Origin: a virus
IMG/VR virus record: IMGVR_UViG_3300045988_147522
DNA: 64,000 nucleotides
Strand: one strand, 5' to 3'
A program made the translations under genes and the position numbers. Shown one piece after another: positions 61,129 through 64,000 of the stretch. Under the pieces are notes generated by a model. That model was not told the DNA's origin. It made no database searches and was given only the letters and a program-made list of their open reading frames with translations. The stretch's first letter is position 1, and each line of letters opens with the position of its first letter.

Positions 61129-63909
61129 TTATGCTTTTTTAAATCTAACCCCAAAAAATTCTATATCTCCTTGTTCACACATTTTTAATTTTTGTACTGG
61201 GGTTTTGCTTTTACGCAGAAGATATAAGAAATCTTTAGGTAGGGAATAGAATAATATTTTAATCAATAGGCGGTATATGTCTTTGTTTGTTGGTTTCTCG
61301 GCTTCGCGTAGCAAATAACTCATTGTGCTTAAGCCAATTCTCTTATAAGACACATATGTCAATAAGTCTTGATAAATTTGTTCTGCCTGCTCATGCTTTT
61401 CTATATTCGAGGATTCTTCTTTTAACCATACAGCGTTTATTTCACTTTGTTTCTTTCTTACAGTGTAAATAAACTCATCAGCTTGCTCTTTGTTGATATG
61501 TGAAGAGTGAGGCTTGAAATCAATAAAAGAAGTCAAAGGCAACATAGGGTGTTTATCATTACCAACTATACGCTTACGCACTGATTTTTCAAGATAGTCC
61601 ATAGAGGTATCATAACAACGGTAAGTCTTATTTTGAGAAGTACAATGTTTATGTCTTTTATGATTGGCTTTTTGTTTGCTCACTTCTAACATAAATTCTG
61701 GCAGTGCCTTGCTTCCGTGTTCGTCTTTGAGGTACTTTGTGGTTAGTCGTTCAAGCTCTTTTGTCATTTGTACATCAAACTCTTTTTTAGCCTTATCTAT
61801 TTCAATATTAGACATTACAGACAACTGACAGATATCGGTATATATGGGTTGTACACTTTCAAACGATGCACCGTTATTAATATTATCCCACATAATACTT
61901 GTAAGCACTTGTGCAAGGTTAATAATTTCTCCAATCTTATTTTCACTTGTTTTAATATCCAAGTCTGTTAAGTCATTAACGGTGTAATGCCTCTTGATTT
62001 TTTTAGCTTCCACCATATTCGTTGGAACAAGCCATTTATCATAATTTTGAATTGCTGCCTTTAATAGAATGGGATTGTCTGTGATTAATACACTATCTGA
62101 GTCAAAGTCGCAGCCATTAAGCCGTTGCAAAACATTTTCTCCTATGCTGTTAATACACAATATCTCTTTAGTGAAGTTGAAGTATGTATCTATTTCCGGA
62201 CATTCTTTGTTATAAGCAACCCATACATTGCCTGTACAACAATGAGGACTTCTTGAGCCTAATAATTTTTGATTATAGGCAAATCTTTTTGAATGTATAT
62301 TACCTATACCCAAGTGAGATGTACCGTCAAATTTACCAATTGATTGTAGGAGCATCTCATAAGGATTTCCTACAAGCGTTGAGTAATTACCAGCTACGGA
62401 AACATGACCTCTCTTCATATTGTTCTTATAAGACCTAATAGTTTCTCTTACTGTGTCATAATATAATTTAGTGTCACAAAACTTGTCATTAATGCCAAGC
62501 AAAGTGTACACCAAATCGTTTTTAGAGGCTATGGCTTCGCCTGCGAGCGTGTTGTTTGCCTGAGCCTTAATGTGATACCTCAAAACAGTTTCGTCCGTTT
62601 TAAGGGCTTTTAGATAGTCTTTTGAAGGTTTCAAAAACTCTTCCATATCTTCTTGTGATAACTGTAAGGTATTTAAAAGCTGATAATGGGTTTGAACTAA
62701 TTTACCGTCCATAATGTGAGTCGGCTTTTCGTACTTAACTATGCCAAACTCTATGTCGAGATTGTCAAGCCATGCGTCAAATGTTCCAAACTTCAAATAT
62801 TTAATACTGCTTGGAGTAGTTATGAGCTTTACATCCTGTATACATTTGGCTCGTGTATATCCATTAAGCTGTGACACATCAGTAATACCGTTGTCGGCAA
62901 ACCATTGTTGAAGGTTGGTATTAAAGCAAGCTGACTTAAAAAATCTATTACGCAATAATAAAAACCCTTTATGCTGGTATTCTCCAAAAAGACTAACATC
63001 CATAAGAGACTGTCCGTCCCAAATGCTGTTACATATCTGCACTTCTTCCGGTTGCGTTTTTAACATACCCTCATCTATACGGGTAGTCATTACTCTATCT
63101 GTAAACACATCTTCATAATCGTCTACAAGTAAAATATTTTCGGGCTGAATATACAGGCTTGCAATAGTGCTACTCAAAGGTAGCGCTGTATAGGACTCAA
63201 ATGCGGGCAAATCTATTTCTTGCCCCTGTTTGATAGTTAAACCACACTTAGACCAATTAAAAATTCCTCTATATAAATTCTCATCAATGAATAAACATTT
63301 TCCTAAGCGGGAACTGCCATTGCTTCTTTTGTATCTTACATATTTTACTCCATCACACACAAAACCGTTTGCATACAAGTCGGCTCGTAAATCACCAACC
63401 GAGTGTAACACCTTTATGTTGTTCTTAGCCTTATACATGCCATCATCGTAATAAAAGTATTTGCCAAGTACATCTTTATGTATAGGAAACTCTGTAGGAG
63501 TGTCTGTCTGAATAGCAAGCAGTTCACCGTCCTTAACACAGACACAATCTTGTAAGGTTAATTCATCTAAACGATAGCCGAATTTCACATAAATGTTAGC
63601 GGTTATTCTATTGTATTCTTTGTTACTGTAATTGAAAGTAATATTAATAACTTTCTGAGTGTATTCTTTTCCGTTGACCGTACAAGAAAAGCGATTATTT
63701 CGGAACACCTTCTTATATACCTCAATGATTTTCGGAAGTTCTTTGCTATGAGGAAGTGTGTTAATAAATTTTCGGTAGTTAATATCTCCGTTGCGATAAC
63801 GGATGTTATAACCTACACTATCGGGTTTATTATAATGGTTTGCGATAAATACATCTTTAGCATCCAAAGAGAGGATGTTTACTCCGTGTATATAATCACT
63901 CAACAACAC
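61129..63909 (-). CDS. YonO / cellular-RdRP-like single-subunit two-barrel RNA polymerase
   Basis: GSRSPHCCTGNV, then 48 aa on, NGCDFDSDSVLITD (DxDxD at 62095-62109). Also YKRSNGSSRLGKCLFID. Large size, at the head of the late arm, with an HU-like gene nearby as in SPbeta yonO-yonN. Confidence 0.55.
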   Translation of the reverse strand: MLLSDYIHGVNILSLDAKDVFIANHYNKPDSVGYNIRYRNGDINYRKFINTLPHSKELPKIIEVYKKVFRNNRFSCTVNGKEYTQKVINITFNYSNKEYNRITANIYVKFGYRLDELTLQDCVCVKDGELLAIQTDTPTEFPIHKDVLGKYFYYDDGMYKAKNNIKVLHSVGDLRADLYANGFVCDGVKYVRYKRSNGSSRLGKCLFIDENLYRGIFNWSKCGLTIKQGQEIDLPAFESYTALPLSSTIASLYIQPENILLVDDYEDVFTDRVMTTRIDEGMLKTQPEEVQICNSIWDGQSLMDVSLFGEYQHKGFLLLRNRFFKSACFNTNLQQWFADNGITDVSQLNGYTRAKCIQDVKLITTPSSIKYLKFGTFDAWLDNLDIEFGIVKYEKPTHIMDGKLVQTHYQLLNTLQLSQEDMEEFLKPSKDYLKALKTDETVLRYHIKAQANNTLAGEAIASKNDLVYTLLGINDKFCDTKLYYDTVRETIRSYKNNMKRGHVSVAGNYSTLVGNPYEMLLQSIGKFDGTSHLGIGNIHSKRFAYNQKLLGSRSPHCCTGNVWVAYNKECPEIDTYFNFTKEILCINSIGENVLQRLNGCDFDSDSVLITDNPILLKAAIQNYDKWLVPTNMVEAKKIKRHYTVNDLTDLDIKTSENKIGEIINLAQVLTSIMWDNINNGASFESVQPIYTDICQLSVMSNIEIDKAKKEFDVQMTKELERLTTKYLKDEHGSKALPEFMLEVSKQKANHKRHKHCTSQNKTYRCYDTSMDYLEKSVRKRIVGNDKHPMLPLTSFIDFKPHSSHINKEQADEFIYTVRKKQSEINAVWLKEESSNIEKHEQAEQIYQDLLTYVSYKRIGLSTMSYLLREAEKPTNKDIYRLLIKILFYSLPKDFLYLLRKSKTPVQKLKMCEQGDIEFFGVRFKKA

Positions 63910-64000
63910 TCACCTCGCTCTCATACATAAGCGAATATGTGTTGTCTTCATCGTTTAGTTCGTGCACAACCTCTGCATAAGCCATAACACGCTCATTCAT
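63896..64000 (-). CDS. 3' end of an upstream ORF (5' end outside window)
   Basis: ...MNERVMAYAEVVHELNDEDNTYSLMYESEVSVVE*. The stop overlaps the RNAP-like start region. Confidence 0.4.
   Translation of the reverse strand: MNERVMAYAEVVHELNDEDNTYSLMYESEVSVVE

Overview
Low-GC (Firmicutes-type) temperate siphophage genome segment, apparently in the replicative, non-integrated arrangement. Its gene content recalls Bacillus SPbeta. Nt 1-18040 (+ strand) is the early replication and nucleotide-metabolism arm. It carries a DnaE-type polymerase, anaerobic RNR nrdD/nrdG, ThyX, dUTPase, a guanylate-kinase-like gene, an NPPY methyltransferase, an HNH nuclease, two phosphoesterase or kinase genes and many small zinc-ribbon ORFs. 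nrdD is split by a group I intron carrying an HNH homing endonuclease. Nt 18040-21800 is the lysogeny/attP island. It holds an Xis-like HTH gene and a consensus promoter, followed by a tRNA-Arg(UCU) 3' fragment that looks like the attP core, flanked by arm-type repeats. The tyrosine integrase, a 2-TM sensor-like moron and a ~300-nt ORF-free hairpin-rich region complete the island. Nt 21826-64000 (- strand) is the late arm. In transcription order it reads: 926-aa YonO/RdRP-like single-subunit RNA polymerase, phosphoesterase, second tyrosine recombinase plus stand-alone SAM-like domain, HU-like protein, terminase, portal, head, tail. The tail module ends in a tape measure split in two (1067 + 1514 aa), then an accessory island, baseplate, two receptor-binding proteins and the lysis genes. 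Most interesting observations: (1) the YonO-like RNAP cluster; (2) four ORFs that seem to start at Ile codons (ATC/ATA/ATT) 7-8 nt after a Shine-Dalgarno; (3) an ORF in the tail-chaperone position that has no start codon and is in frame across a TAA; (4) the tape measure interrupted by an opposite-strand cassette; (5) two distant + strand promoters sharing a 17-nt -10/initial-transcribed element; (6) two self-contained accessory (moron) islands. No CRISPR array, rRNA, transposase or reverse transcriptase was seen. All calls are by-eye motif and synteny reading, and no database search was run.
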